In this document: one piece after another, positions 1 to 10,394 of the stretch
Position numbering within the stretch: the stretch's first letter is position 1
How the letters are laid out: the number at the start of each line of letters is the position of its first letter
Source of the DNA: an uncultured bacterium
Lineage (GTDB): Bacteria > Patescibacteriota > Minisyncoccia > Phycocordibacterales > CAIRYW01
Direction: 5' to 3'
NCBI GenBank assembly: GCA_963766885.1
Contig: CAVYBO010000002.1
Span: forward strand, 175,141 to 239,140
Length of the DNA stretch: 64,000 bases
Notes under the pieces: generated by a model
The model's database searches: none
What the model was told of the DNA's origin: nothing
What the model saw: the letters and a program-made list of their open reading frames with translations, nothing else
Made by a program: the position numbers and the translations under genes

Positions 1-178
1 CTTTGTCAAAAGATCATGGAGTGTGGTGGGAGCAGAAGAGCTTGCGAATGTAAATTCAGGCAATGCAAACAGCATCGCCCAAATGTAGGAAACATATATT
101 TTATTATTTTTCAATATTTTCATTGTTTGGTGCCATCAAACTATCGGGCTGCCTGAAGTTGACGGGCCACCGGTATCA

Positions 179-601
179 TCAACGCCAGGACCGGTTATCG
201 GGGTAGAGACCAGGATAAGAGTTATTGAGATTAAAGGTGGATATGAGCAGATTGACAAACCCCCACACCGAAACCATCACAAATATCACAATAATGCCGA
301 ATATTATCAAATCTCTTCCTTGGGCGCGCTTTTCTTCATTGTCTCCTGCCGCAACATACGCTACCAAGCCAATTAAAAATAACAACACTCCAAGTCCGAT
401 TATAAATGGTATTACACTGTTACTGATTACACATCCCGCATAATCAAAAACGCTTCCTATATCAGTTGGTTTTTTGCAAGAAGAGCTTGAAGAGGCAAAC
501 GTTGCAACTGGAGACAAAAACACCAAAAAAGACAAAGCAATAAAAAAATAAGCGCTGCCTTTTGATTTAAAATTACTTTTGCATAACCGATTGTTTTTCA
601 T
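179..601 (-). CDS. T4SS-type pilin-like small membrane protein (TrbC/VirB2-like), paralog 1
   Basis: Signal peptide followed by two hydrophobic helices around an acidic/basic loop, with an AAGDNEEKRAQ-type motif similar to the neighbouring paralogs. First of three tandem small pilin-like ORFs. Confidence 0.5.
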   Translation of the reverse strand: MKNNRLCKSNFKSKGSAYFFIALSFLVFLSPVATFASSSSSCKKPTDIGSVFDYAGCVISNSVIPFIIGLGVLLFLIGLVAYVAAGDNEEKRAQGRDLIIFGIIVIFVMVSVWGFVNLLISTFNLNNSYPGLYPDNRSWR

Positions 602-622
602 AAAATATTTAACTTTTAATTT

Positions 623-994
623 TTAACTTGAACCAGTTATACCCAAAACCGAGCTGCTGACAGCAGCAATTATAACCTGCGCTCCGATAAGAATACCGGT
701 GCCGATAGCAGCCCAAAGCAAAGTGTTTTTGGCTTTTTTTAGTTTTTCCTCATCTCCGAGCGCAGTAGCATAAAGAAATCCTGCGTAAATAATGGCAAGA
801 GTGCCGACAATTGTGCCGATTTCAACAGCCGCAGTAAGAATTGCTTGAAGAAATTGAGGTATGCTGTTTACGCCGTTTAGCGGATTGCAGATCTGTTTGG
901 TTGGATCGCAACCCCCGTTATTTGCAGCAGCAGCGATTGGAAGTAAAAAAGAAAGCGTATAAAATAAAATTTTTTTTGGTTTGATTTGCATCAT
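623..994 (-). CDS. T4SS-type pilin-like small membrane protein (TrbC/VirB2-like), paralog 2
   Basis: Signal peptide, Cys pair (CDPTKQIC), and the motif AGFLYATALGDEEKLKKAKNTLLWAAIG typical of CPR conjugative-type pilins. Confidence 0.6.
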   Translation of the reverse strand: MMQIKPKKILFYTLSFLLPIAAAANNGGCDPTKQICNPLNGVNSIPQFLQAILTAAVEIGTIVGTLAIIYAGFLYATALGDEEKLKKAKNTLLWAAIGTGILIGAQVIIAAVSSSVLGITGSS

Positions 995-1012
995 TATTAA
1001 TTATTGGATTAA

Positions 1013-1463
1013 TTATTTGGTCGCAACACTGTCAAAATTTACGAGGCTGTATGGTTCTTGCACTCCCAGAGTTTTGAGAACTGTCGCCACCAGAAGCCAA
1101 CCACCCCAGATAAATAATAACCCGATTATCGTATAATTAAAAATCCTATGAGCTTTTTCAACTTGTCCAGTATTTCCCATAGAAGAAGCATAAAGGAATC
1201 CCGCGTAAGCCAAGGATATTGCGCAAAAAGTGGTACCTATAAAAATCAAATAAGCTATTACTCTTTGAAAAAGCGCTATCAAATCTCGTCCACCCGCATT
1301 CAGTAACTCCAGAGCCATTTTGAGCTGTACCAGTGCATTGCTGAACAAGAAAAAATCCCGGTTGCGAGGCCTGCTGAACATTTTGAGCCGAAGAAACTAA
1401 TGGCATAAAACTGATTGTCAAAATTAAAACTAGAAAAAAAATTTGTACTTTTTTATTTTTCAT
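1013..1463 (-). CDS. T4SS-type pilin-like protein, paralog 3; apparent frameshift between the signal-peptide frame (1158..1463) and the pilin-domain frame (1013..1381)
   Basis: Signal peptide and Cys pair are in one frame; the AGFLYASSMGNTGQVEKAHR pilin core is in another. The switch point is near an A6/T6 homopolymer at about 1352..1357. Confidence 0.45.
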
Positions 1464-2749
1464 TTTAGAAATTCTTGCAAATTTGAATTAAAACCGCTTA
1501 CAGCATCCAAAACATCTGATGAGCCGCTTGTTACAGATTCTATCATTGTTTGAATTGCTGTATCCGTGTCCGCTTCGTCTGGATCAATCCATGTTTTGGA
1601 AATCAAAACTGATCGCCTGAAGGTTTCTGCTGATGCTGATGGCTCCACCGCAGAGAGCATATCATTTCTAACAGAAGGAATTCCGGACTCTGTGGAAAAA
1701 ACGGTCAAAAAGGCATTACCCACCAAAGATTGCGCTTGAGAAAACGCAGCGTTTTGATTTTTGGATGAAGCTAAAATACCAATACCGTAGACATTGGCAT
1801 AAGTGACAGAAGTGTTTGAATTGTCAGCTTGTGGAATCACAGCCACTCCAAAATTTAAGTTGGGATTTTCCGCTTGCAAATTTGCATACTCGCTTGCAAA
1901 GCCAATATATGTTGCGCTTTGGCCAAGCAGAAACATTTGATCGGAATTAGGCAGGGATCTGTTCCATGAATAATCCACTGAAGACGGGTTGGCAAACTCC
2001 GTATAAAAACTCAAAGCTGATTCAAAAGCATCCTCCTGGTTTCCTTCCACAACGCTAACTAAAGTGCCGCTTTGAAACTGGGTAATAGGATTACCAGCCT
2101 GAAAAGCAAGACAAGAAAGTATTGCAGAAGCATTTGGAACATTGGTATATTCTCCAAAAGAAACCGTACTTTGGCTGATGGTTTTATCAGAACTTATTTT
2201 TGAGAGTTTGGGCACCAAAGTCGTTAAGCCGCTCCATTTTGTTGGAGGCAGCGGCAAGCCTGCATTGGCAAAAATATCTTTGTTCCAATAAAGCACTAAA
2301 GGGTCAACAACAAACGGAATAGCCTGTATGCCGTTATCTGTTAGAAAAACATTTCCTACAGTTGCAAAGGTGTTTTCAAAAGTTCCTTGCGGAAAAACAG
2401 TATACGGAATTAAAGACAATAACTTGCTCTCTTTGTAGATATCATTTTGAGGCAAAATAACCATATCTGGCGCCTGCCCTTCAGCAACCGCATTAACAAG
2501 CTCGGAATCAAACTTGTCCAAGGGCACTTGTTGGTAAGATATATTCATGAGCGCAGGATTCGAGACTTGAAGTTTTGTAATTGTATCAGTAAAATAAGTT
2601 GCTGGTAAAACTCCCCAGATAATTATCGGAACGGATTGTGAATTGTTTGAATTTGTCGCGGTAAATCCGGCAAAGACCAAAACCCCTATCAAAAGAAAAA
2701 CTATAAACACTGCTAATATTATGTATTGTATAGTGCTGGTTTTTTGCAT
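1460..2749 (-). CDS. ABC transporter substrate-binding protein, family 1 (sugar-type), N-terminal membrane anchor
   Basis: N-terminal TM helix; motif VDPLVLYWNKDIFANAGLPLPPTKWSGL typical of SBP_bac_1. No permease or ATPase genes nearby. Confidence 0.55.
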   Translation of the reverse strand: MQKTSTIQYIILAVFIVFLLIGVLVFAGFTATNSNNSQSVPIIIWGVLPATYFTDTITKLQVSNPALMNISYQQVPLDKFDSELVNAVAEGQAPDMVILPQNDIYKESKLLSLIPYTVFPQGTFENTFATVGNVFLTDNGIQAIPFVVDPLVLYWNKDIFANAGLPLPPTKWSGLTTLVPKLSKISSDKTISQSTVSFGEYTNVPNASAILSCLAFQAGNPITQFQSGTLVSVVEGNQEDAFESALSFYTEFANPSSVDYSWNRSLPNSDQMFLLGQSATYIGFASEYANLQAENPNLNFGVAVIPQADNSNTSVTYANVYGIGILASSKNQNAAFSQAQSLVGNAFLTVFSTESGIPSVRNDMLSAVEPSASAETFRRSVLISKTWIDPDEADTDTAIQTMIESVTSGSSDVLDAVSGFNSNLQEFLK

Positions 2750-2815
2750 TAGTAATATTTTAAGATGAATACAAAAATATAGCTACTCATACATATCCAC
2801 TGCTTAGAACAAAAG

Positions 2816-3343
2816 CTAAGATTTTCTCAAAATCAATCCGTAATGATGATCTCCCGCATCAATTTTTTGGAAAACCGCAAGTCCAGCCTCTTCAAAAAGT
2901 TTTTTGGCATCCTCTTCTTTAAACAGGTGGTCTTTGTGCGGCCCGATTCCCGCAAAATTATCATTCCATTCAACAAAAAGTATTCTTCCTTTATTCTTAG
3001 TAATTCTTTTGGCTTCCTTGATTGCAGAATTTTTGTCTTCCAAAGAGAAAAAGGTGTTTGAAATAATTGTTAAATCTGCAATGTCATCCGCCAAGCTTGT
3101 GCCGCCGAGTTTTTCGATGTTTCCCGCTATAGGCCTGATGTTTTTGATATTTTGACTCTTGGCTTCGTTTTTTAATTTTGAAAGCAGGTCTTGATTTATG
3201 TCTATTGCATAAACAATTCCATCCACTCCAACCATAAGCGCCGCAGGAATTGAATAAAAGCCTGCGCCACTGCCAAGATCCGCAACCACAGCGGCTTTGC
3301 CCACCCCTGTCTGCAATAAATTTTTTTGAGGATTAGAAAACAT
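2816..3343 (-). CDS. class I SAM-dependent methyltransferase
   Basis: Motif I VADLGSGAGFYS and a downstream acidic loop (YAIDIN). Confidence 0.65.
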   Translation of the reverse strand: MFSNPQKNLLQTGVGKAAVVADLGSGAGFYSIPAALMVGVDGIVYAIDINQDLLSKLKNEAKSQNIKNIRPIAGNIEKLGGTSLADDIADLTIISNTFFSLEDKNSAIKEAKRITKNKGRILFVEWNDNFAGIGPHKDHLFKEEDAKKLFEEAGLAVFQKIDAGDHHYGLILRKS

Positions 3344-3465
3344 GACCTTAATTGTATCAGAAAAAATAGTTCGCGAGAACGAGCCTGGAGGCGCGGCGGA
3401 GCTGAAGAGTAAAAAATTCAGCAGAATTTTTTACATCGAAGTTTGAGTGAACTATTTTTTCTGGA

Positions 3466-5952
3466 TTATAGGCAAATCACGGATGCCAAAGAGTCCCCGT
3501 CGCGGAGCCGCATCACGCGCACACCTTGAGTATCCCTGCCTAAGTTTGGAATTTCTGAAAGCGAACATCGGATAACCTGGCTTTTTTTGGAAATCGCCAC
3601 AGCTTCTTCAACTTCCGCAGTTACAATATGAGCAGAAATCAATGAGCCGATTTTATCTGTAATTTTGATTGTTTTGATTCCCGAGCCGCCGCGGTTTTGG
3701 ATTTTGTATTCATTGATTGAAGTCTTTTTGCCATAACCCTTGGAAGACACCACAAAAACTTCTGCGTCTTTGCTATCTTTTTTGATTGCATCACTCCCGA
3801 CAACACTTACTCCTTTATCAAGTTTTATGACACGTACCCCGCCAGCAGCCCTGCCCATTTCGCGAACGCTCTTTTCCTCAAATCGGATTGACTGTCCGTC
3901 GCTTGAAACAACCATCACGCTGTCGCCTTTTTCTACAAAAAGAGCCGACACAAGTTCGTCACCAGCATCCAAGCGGATTGCAATGATTCCGCTGCGGCGC
4001 ACGTCATGAAAACTGTCTGCTGAAACTCTTTTGCCTGTGCCGTTTTTTGTAACAAGCATCATTGAAAGATTGCTACCCTTTTTGATATCTTTTGGCATTG
4101 GCAAAATTGAAGTGACTTTTTCGTCGCTTGAAAGAGTCAGGAAGTTCATTATTGATTTGCCTTTTGTAGCGCGCTTGCCTTCAGGGATTTCGTACATCTT
4201 GATTTGGTAAACTTTTCCGCGGTCGGTAAAGAATAAGAGGTCGCTATGATTTGTAGCCGTGACGAGGTGTGTTATGAAATCTTCTTCTTTTGTATCCAAA
4301 TCCACAACTCCAACTCCGCCGCGCTTTTGCTTGCGATATTCTTCAGGATCAGTTCGTTTGATGTATCCGCCAGCGGTGTAAACCAAAACACTTTCATCGT
4401 CCGGAACCAAATCTTCCATTGAAAAAGATTTCGCTTCGTGAGCAAAAACCTTTGTTCTTCTTTCGTCACCGAATTTTTCTTTGATTTCTTGGGTCTCAGT
4501 TTTTATTATCGCAGGAATTCGCTTTGGATTTTCCAAAATATCTTTGAGATCTTTGATCAAAACTCTTATCGCGTCCAATTCATCTTCAATCTTTTTCCTC
4601 TCTAAACCAGAGAGTTTTTGCAACCTCATTTCAAGAATTGCAATAGCTTGACGTTCAGAGAATTTAAAAGTTTTCATCAAACCTTCGCGCGCTTCGTCTA
4701 CGTTTTTGGACTTCTTGATCAGTTTGATAATTTCATCAATGTGATCAAGGGCTTTTTTTAAACCAAAAAGAATATGCTCTCGATCTAAGGCTTTGTTTAG
4801 ATCAAATTCCGTGCGTCTTTTGATAACTTCCCTTCTGTGCAAAATAAAAGATTCAAGAATTGATTTGACAGCCAAAGTCCTTGGAATGCCGTCAACAAGG
4901 GCGACAACGTTAAAGTGAAACGGCTCTTCAAGTCGAGTGTGCTTGTAGAGATAATTTAAAACCGCCTGCGGATGACTGCTTTTTTTCAGTTCAATTACTA
5001 TTCGGATATCTTTGGCAGATTCATCACGAATGTCTCTGATGCCATCGATTTTTTTATCACGGACCATATCAGCGATTGTGATGATAAGTTCAGCTTTGTT
5101 TACGCGATATGGAAGCGAAGTAACAATAATTGAAGAACCTGTTTTGTCTTCAACTATTTCAGCTTCTCCACGCACCGTGACACTTCCGCGTCCAGTGGTG
5201 TAAGCCGCTGCCAAATCTTTTTTGCCAAAAATCATTCCGCCGGTTGGAAAGTCAGGCGCTTTAATAAATTGAAGTAAATCTTCTGAAGTCGCGTCTTTGT
5301 TGTCAACTAAATATATTGTTGCATCGCAAATCTCTCGGAGATTGTGCGGAGGAATATTTGTGGCCATTCCCACAGCAATGCCAAGCGTGCCGTTTAACAA
5401 AAGATTCGGCACAGCTGTCGGCAAAACTGCTGGCTCTTTGCGAGTATTTTCATAGTTCGGTCTCCAATCCACGGACTGCTTTTCAATATCGCGAATCATT
5501 TCAAGAGCAATCCTAGACATTTTGGCTTCTGTGTATCTGTCTGCGGCAGGAGGATCGCCGTCAATGGATCCAAAGTTTCCTTGCCCGATTGCCAGCGGAT
5601 AACGCATTGAAAAATCCTGGGCAAGTTTTACCAAGGCTTCATAGGCCGCGACTGTGCCGTGCGGATGATAGTTACCAGTTACGTCTCCAATAATTTTGGA
5701 GCTCTTTCTTGTTTTGCCGCCAGGATTTAATCCGAGCTCATACATTGTATATAGGATCCTTCGGTGAACCGGTTTGAGGCCGTCGCGAACATCTGGAAGA
5801 GCGCGATCTGTGATAACAGACATGGCGTAGTCAATGTAGCTCTCGCGCATTTCGGAAACAATGTTTTGGTCAATTACGTTTTTTACATCAACAAGAGCAA
5901 TTGGATTTTGACCCTCTTCCGGATTTTCTTTTTTATTTTTTTTGTCTGGCAT
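3466..5952 (-). CDS. gyrA: DNA gyrase subunit A
   Basis: [28 protein letters not shown]-terminal signature and full-length C-terminal beta-pinwheel repeats. Confidence 0.95.
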   Translation of the reverse strand: MPDKKNKKENPEEGQNPIALVDVKNVIDQNIVSEMRESYIDYAMSVITDRALPDVRDGLKPVHRRILYTMYELGLNPGGKTRKSSKIIGDVTGNYHPHGTVAAYEALVKLAQDFSMRYPLAIGQGNFGSIDGDPPAADRYTEAKMSRIALEMIRDIEKQSVDWRPNYENTRKEPAVLPTAVPNLLLNGTLGIAVGMATNIPPHNLREICDATIYLVDNKDATSEDLLQFIKAPDFPTGGMIFGKKDLAAAYTTGRGSVTVRGEAEIVEDKTGSSIIVTSLPYRVNKAELIITIADMVRDKKIDGIRDIRDESAKDIRIVIELKKSSHPQAVLNYLYKHTRLEEPFHFNVVALVDGIPRTLAVKSILESFILHRREVIKRRTEFDLNKALDREHILFGLKKALDHIDEIIKLIKKSKNVDEAREGLMKTFKFSERQAIAILEMRLQKLSGLERKKIEDELDAIRVLIKDLKDILENPKRIPAIIKTETQEIKEKFGDERRTKVFAHEAKSFSMEDLVPDDESVLVYTAGGYIKRTDPEEYRKQKRGGVGVVDLDTKEEDFITHLVTATNHSDLLFFTDRGKVYQIKMYEIPEGKRATKGKSIMNFLTLSSDEKVTSILPMPKDIKKGSNLSMMLVTKNGTGKRVSADSFHDVRRSGIIAIRLDAGDELVSALFVEKGDSVMVVSSDGQSIRFEEKSVREMGRAAGGVRVIKLDKGVSVVGSDAIKKDSKDAEVFVVSSKGYGKKTSINEYKIQNRGGSGIKTIKITDKIGSLISAHIVTAEVEEAVAISKKSQVIRCSLSEIPNLGRDTQGVRVMRLRDGDSLASVICL

Positions 5953-5954
5953 TT

Positions 5955-6311
5955 TTAATTTTGTCTTGTCGTACTTGCCTCAATTGTAGTTGTTGCAGTT
6001 GAGGTGGATTGGATTTGCGCTGTTTGATTTTCTTGAACTGTGGTTGATGAAGTTGTAGACGCAACCTGAAAATAACTTTTCAAATTATTCATCTGTCCTG
6101 AAAACTGATCTGAATATGTGGAAATGTTTTTCTGAAATCCGCTCCAAATACTTGATCTTGCGTCTGACGTTCTATCAAGCTCGCTCTTTGAATCTTGAAT
6201 AAAAAAATACAGCCACGTGCCAAAAATCAAGACTGTGATTATAGCAGAAAAAATAATCGCCAGCTTCTTTTTTTGATCATTAGGCACGTTGTCTAAAAAG
6301 TTTGAAGACAT
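5955..6311 (-). CDS. hypothetical membrane-anchored Ser/Thr-rich protein
   Basis: N-terminal TM helix, low-complexity C-terminus; stop/start coupled to gyrA. Confidence 0.4.
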   Translation of the reverse strand: MSSNFLDNVPNDQKKKLAIIFSAIITVLIFGTWLYFFIQDSKSELDRTSDARSSIWSGFQKNISTYSDQFSGQMNNLKSYFQVASTTSSTTVQENQTAQIQSTSTATTTIEASTTRQN

Positions 6312-6329
6312 TTCTTGAAAATTAAGACC

Positions 6330-6935
6330 TTAAATAAACACCACGGAATTGTTTTTACCTTCAAGATCTTTTCTCTTGAGCGTTAATTTGTCAGTTTCTT
6401 CAGGCTTGGATCCAACTTCTTTGGCAAACTGCTTTTGATCCGAAAGTTCTCCGATTGGAATGATAAGCTTTGGCTCTAAAAAGACAGCGAGCTTGGCCGC
6501 TTGCGCAGGATTCAAAACTCCTTTACCTAGATGAACAATCAAAATATCAATTTCATTCAGCGCCTCGAGCGCTTCTTCAGACAATTTTTCTTCATCTAGT
6601 CCACCAAGATGCATCACGTTCAATCCATCCATCAATATTGCATAAATTGTGTTTATTCTTTCCTTACCTCCATAATTGCTTTTTGAAATAAAGCCCTTAA
6701 CAAAAACTCCTTTGACTTCATATTCACCAGGACCGGAAATAACAAACGGCTCACGTTCTCCAAAACCCAATTCTGAAACGCCATTAAAATCAGCATCATT
6801 CAAGGACAAAAGCGCCACATCCGCGCCAAATTTGCCGCCTTTTAGCTTTGAGTTTTTGGCAGGAGGGTTGATACCTAAAATAGTGTCCCCTGCCTGAATC
6901 TTCAATTCAAAATCACCCGCTCTTGTAATAATCAT
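6330..6935 (-). CDS. MBL-fold metal-dependent hydrolase (UPF0173-like)
   Basis: Pattern and length consistent with small beta-lactamase-fold hydrolases; weak motif support. Confidence 0.45.
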   Translation of the reverse strand: MIITRAGDFELKIQAGDTILGINPPAKNSKLKGGKFGADVALLSLNDADFNGVSELGFGEREPFVISGPGEYEVKGVFVKGFISKSNYGGKERINTIYAILMDGLNVMHLGGLDEEKLSEEALEALNEIDILIVHLGKGVLNPAQAAKLAVFLEPKLIIPIGELSDQKQFAKEVGSKPEETDKLTLKRKDLEGKNNSVVFI

Positions 6936-6993
6936 TTGTTAATTATAGCACAAAACAGATATTTTTTCATTAATAAATTTCAGAAATATCTCC

Positions 6994-7413
6994 TTATTCA
7001 GAAGTTTCTACAAAACCATTTTTACCAATTAAAAATCTCATTTGATTAGTACTCCCTTTAGGACCAACGCCTGGAGGAAAATTCATTTCTAGATAATAAG
7101 TAGAATTATTTATGTTAGCTGTAAAACCAAATTTGTATAATTGATTCCATCCTTGACTCTCTAAAAAAGAAGTCGTACTAGCAACATTCACCTCTTTATC
7201 AGATACGCAATCGTATATCTCATTTGAAAAAGGAAAATACTCTAAGTTACCGCAATTCATTCCTATTGTTTTCATTTCATTAATCGTTTGCGAAAAATTG
7301 TCTTCTACTATCAAATATTCAACGATGTATATAAAGCAAAAAACTAAAACGATTCCGCCAATCAAAGATAAAAAGTTTTCTTGCTTCTTGCTCCGGCTTC
7401 CTATATTTTTCAT
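6994..7413 (-). CDS. hypothetical protein with N-terminal TM anchor
   Basis: ORF with hydrophobic N-terminus; no recognisable motif. Confidence 0.35.
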   Translation of the reverse strand: MKNIGSRSKKQENFLSLIGGIVLVFCFIYIVEYLIVEDNFSQTINEMKTIGMNCGNLEYFPFSNEIYDCVSDKEVNVASTTSFLESQGWNQLYKFGFTANINNSTYYLEMNFPPGVGPKGSTNQMRFLIGKNGFVETSE

Positions 7414-7447
7414 ATATTAATTATACTCTATATTTATAAAATAATTG

Positions 7448-7477
7448 TTGCATTTTAGCTTCTGATACGTATATAAT
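7448..7477 (+). promoter_or_regulatory. sigma70-like promoter (TTGCAT-18 bp-TATAAT) for the downstream small RNA candidate
   Basis: -35 TTGCAT at 7448..7453 and -10 TATAAT at 7472..7477 with an 18-bp spacer. Predicted TSS about 7483, coinciding with the 5' closing stem of the structured element. Confidence 0.4.
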
Positions 7478-7482
7478 AAATG

Positions 7483-7570
7483 TATGCCTGTGGGCGCAAG
7501 CCCCGTTCAGCTAAGGAATTCCTAAGCCGAAGGCAGGCATAACAAAGATACCGCCTCTGGCGGTGTTTTT
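7483..7570 (+). ncRNA. candidate structured small RNA (~88 nt) with intrinsic terminator
   Basis: 8-bp closing stem tatgcctg(7483..7490)/caggcata(7534..7541) enclosing a GNRA-capped hairpin (gggc-GCAA-gccc) and a second hairpin around the aggaattcct palindrome. Followed by terminator accgcc-tctg-ggcggt + TTTTT (7550..7570). No + strand CDS follows. Confidence 0.35.
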
Positions 7571-7571
7571 G

Positions 7572-8039
7572 TTACTCGTCTTCTATTCCTTCGCTGAACA
7601 ATTTTTGATTTCCATTCTTCCTTTTTGAATAAAGCATCACACTCCAAAAAGTAATATTTCCGTCGCCAACTCTTCTTAACACTATTCTAACTTTTACTCT
7701 CTTTTCTCCAATTATTGCCACAAGACCCCAGTATTCAACTTCTTTCATTGGCGTAGCTCCATCTCTTGCTGACTTTTTACCGATTGGAGTGAGTAATTTT
7801 CTATATTCTTGAATTGTTGAAGATTTTCTTATAAGTTCCAAACCCAAAGGCAAAAGGCTGAATTTGAAAAGCTGTTCTTTTTTATCTCTCTCCCTCCTTG
7901 CTGAAAATTGCAGATGATGAAATCCATCGGAGTTTAAAATTACAGTAGTTTTAAAGTAAGGGTTGTAGATCTCCCTCTGAGCAGTAAAGAGTGCCTTCGC
8001 TTTTTCTTTTTGAATATCAAAATGGTTTCCGATCTCCAT
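7572..8039 (-). CDS. hypothetical protein
   Basis: 155-aa basic protein with no recognisable motif. Confidence 0.4.
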   Translation of the reverse strand: MEIGNHFDIQKEKAKALFTAQREIYNPYFKTTVILNSDGFHHLQFSARRERDKKEQLFKFSLLPLGLELIRKSSTIQEYRKLLTPIGKKSARDGATPMKEVEYWGLVAIIGEKRVKVRIVLRRVGDGNITFWSVMLYSKRKNGNQKLFSEGIEDE

Positions 8040-8146
8040 TACTGGTAATAATATATCTTTCTAAAGAAAATGGCTAGATTTTTAATTAAACTTGAACAAA
8101 TGTACAAATAATGTATACTGTCCGAACTTATTATTAGCAGTAAGGA

Positions 8147-9364
8147 ATGAAGATAATCTCGCTTTGTGCAACGGCTACGAGAAATTCAAGCGAAACTTCA
8201 TCCTTAAAAAAGCAAATGCCAACAATGACAAAAGAAGAGCCTAAAGTTAAAAAACTTAGCGAAGCTGCGGAAAAAATCGAAGAGGAGCAAAAATTAAAAA
8301 AGGAATCAATAATGGGCAGACTTTCTGCTCAGATTTCTAATCCTCCGGCAATTGGAAATATTGTTGAAGGCCCAGTCATCGCCAACGAACGCGGCGCTGT
8401 TTATGTTGACCTCTATCCTTATGGAACAGGAATTATTTTTGGAAAAGAATATTTGGCAGTTCGAGATATCGTCAAAAAAATCAATCCTGGCGACATCATC
8501 GCAGCCAAAGTCACCGACCTCAAAAATCCAGAGGGTTATATTGAAATTTCTCTAAAAGAAGCTAAGCAAGCTTTGATTTGGAGCGAGGCCGAAAAAGCGA
8601 TGAAAGAGCGCAAAACCCTGGAACTTGTTCCAACGGAAGCCAACAAAGGCGGACTTATCGTCTCTTGGCAAGGTATTACAGGGTTTCTTCCTGCATCTCA
8701 GCTTCGAAGTGAGCACTATCCTCGCGTGATGGACGGCGACAAGGACAGAATTCTTGAGGAATTAAAAAAACTTATCGGTCAAAAACTCTCTGTCTGCATC
8801 ATCTCTGCCAGCGCCAAAGAAAACAAGCTTATTTTTTCTGAAAAGAATCCTGAGGAAAAAGATCGCGATGTAATAGTCAACAAATATGCAATCGGAGATA
8901 TTGTGGAAGGCGAAATCACGGGCGTGGTTGACTTTGGAATCTTTATCAAGCTTGAAGAAGGCCTTGAAGGCTTGGTTCACATTTCTGAGCTTGACTGGGG
9001 GCTTGTTGAAGACCCTCGCTCGCTCTTCAAAGTTGGAGACAAAGTCAGCGCCAAAGTAATTGAAATCAAAGACGGCAAAATTTCCCTTTCAGTAAAATCA
9101 CTCAAACTAAATCCTTGGGTTGAAGCTGCAAAGAAATTCAAAAAAGACGACATCGTCCAGGCCGTTGTGATCAAATTCAACAAGCATGGCGCTTTGGCAT
9201 CAATTGAAGAAGGTGTTGCGGGACTTGTTCACATTTCAGAATTCGGAAGCGAGGACAAACTCCGCAATAACCTGGAACTTGGTAAATCATATCCATTCAA
9301 AATCACACTCTTTGATCCAAAAGATCAAAAGATGGCTCTCGCCTTCCAAGGAGAGAAGAAATAG
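8147..9364 (+). CDS. rpsA: 30S ribosomal protein S1 (short, four S1 domains); true start may be an internal Met
   Basis: Repeated S1-domain signatures, e.g. GDIVEGEITGVVDFGIFIKLEEGLEGLVHISEL. Confidence 0.85.
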   Translation: MKIISLCATATRNSSETSSLKKQMPTMTKEEPKVKKLSEAAEKIEEEQKLKKESIMGRLSAQISNPPAIGNIVEGPVIANERGAVYVDLYPYGTGIIFGKEYLAVRDIVKKINPGDIIAAKVTDLKNPEGYIEISLKEAKQALIWSEAEKAMKERKTLELVPTEANKGGLIVSWQGITGFLPASQLRSEHYPRVMDGDKDRILEELKKLIGQKLSVCIISASAKENKLIFSEKNPEEKDRDVIVNKYAIGDIVEGEITGVVDFGIFIKLEEGLEGLVHISELDWGLVEDPRSLFKVGDKVSAKVIEIKDGKISLSVKSLKLNPWVEAAKKFKKDDIVQAVVIKFNKHGALASIEEGVAGLVHISEFGSEDKLRNNLELGKSYPFKITLFDPKDQKMALAFQGEKK

Positions 9365-9372
9365 AAACTCCA

Positions 9373-9396
9373 AACCGTCCGCAAGGGCGGTTTTTA
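9373..9396 (+). terminator. rho-independent terminator after rpsA
   Basis: aaaccgtccgc-aag-ggcggttt hairpin followed by a T-run. Confidence 0.5.
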
Positions 9397-9435
9397 TTTG
9401 ACAGCCATTTTAAGATTTGAGAAAATAGTTCTTAA

Positions 9436-9675
9436 ATGGCAAAGAAAAAAATCACAATTGAAGATTTGGCTGTAATGACTCAAAAAGGTTTTGAGGAAAT
9501 GCATGAAAGATTCAAAGAAGTTGATAAGCAATTTGAAGCTGTTGACAAACGATTTGATCACATCGACAAACGATTTGATAAAATTGAAAACGGAATACTT
9601 GCCCGCCACGACAGAGAGATTGAATTATTTAGAGACAGAATTTTAAAAATAGAGACCACTATTCGTAAGAAATAA
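9436..9675 (+). CDS. small coiled-coil protein with VDKxF repeats
   Basis: FKEVDKQFEAVDKRFDHIDKRFDKIEN heptad-like repeats. Confidence 0.45.
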   Translation: MAKKKITIEDLAVMTQKGFEEMHERFKEVDKQFEAVDKRFDHIDKRFDKIENGILARHDREIELFRDRILKIETTIRKK

Positions 9676-9707
9676 AAAACCAGATGAGCTGGACTAACCT
9701 TAATTAA

Positions 9708-10096
9708 TTAAGGATTGTTTGAATTTAGGAATGTGCTGACAGTTAAACCATCTTTATTACAAATATCTGACTCATTTGAAGCACTCACACCAGTATTGCT
9801 TTGCGAGTCATTAATCATGACCTGACTTGCACTAGAACATGAAGTAGCAGCATTGATCATATCCTGAGCAGCTAGAGTATAGGGCTCTATATTAGAATTA
9901 CTATTGGAGTTAGATAAAAAACTAGCGTATGTAAGAGCTAGATTTGTTGCGTCTGAATCGTTTTTGTCAAAGATATTTTTTGCTTTTAAAAATTCACTTT
10001 GGGCAGTATAGGTTTCGCCAAGATCATAATCATCTATACCTTCATTGAAGTCAGCTATACCACCATTATTAAATGACAGCCAGATAGTATTTAAAT
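9708..10096 (-). pseudogene. 3' fragment of a secreted Ser/Asn-rich protein gene lacking a start; 5' part is probably the ORF at 12466..12861 across the inserted element
   Basis: Open frame of about 125 codons (…NGGIADFNEGIDDYDLGETYTAQSEF…NSNNP*) with no ATG near its 5' end. It is bounded upstream by an in-frame stop lying within the inverted repeat at 10097..10125. Confidence 0.4.
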
Positions 10097-10394
10097 TAGG
10101 GAACTATATACAATACTACCCTAATAAATAAACCCTACAACAATCACCATAATGACTACCCAAATAACAAGACCTATAATGATATTATTTTCAGTTATCA
10201 CTTCCTTTTTTGACTTTGGAAACAGCCAATGGATAAATTTAACAAAGTAATTTATAAGTATCATAATTATTTCTTCTTAGCTTTTAATTTTCTCCCTCTC
10301 CTTGTATCTTTTTTTGAGATAGCAATAATACCTAACGCCTCGTTAAAGGTTTCTTTTATGGGGTCGTGCTTTTTTATTATAGGTCTACCTCTTT

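Noticed and set aside
7483-7570. Assignment of the small structured element to SRP RNA, 6S RNA or tmRNA
   Set aside because: No SRP domain IV motif, far too short for 6S or tmRNA, and no tRNA-like domain. Left as an unclassified sRNA candidate.
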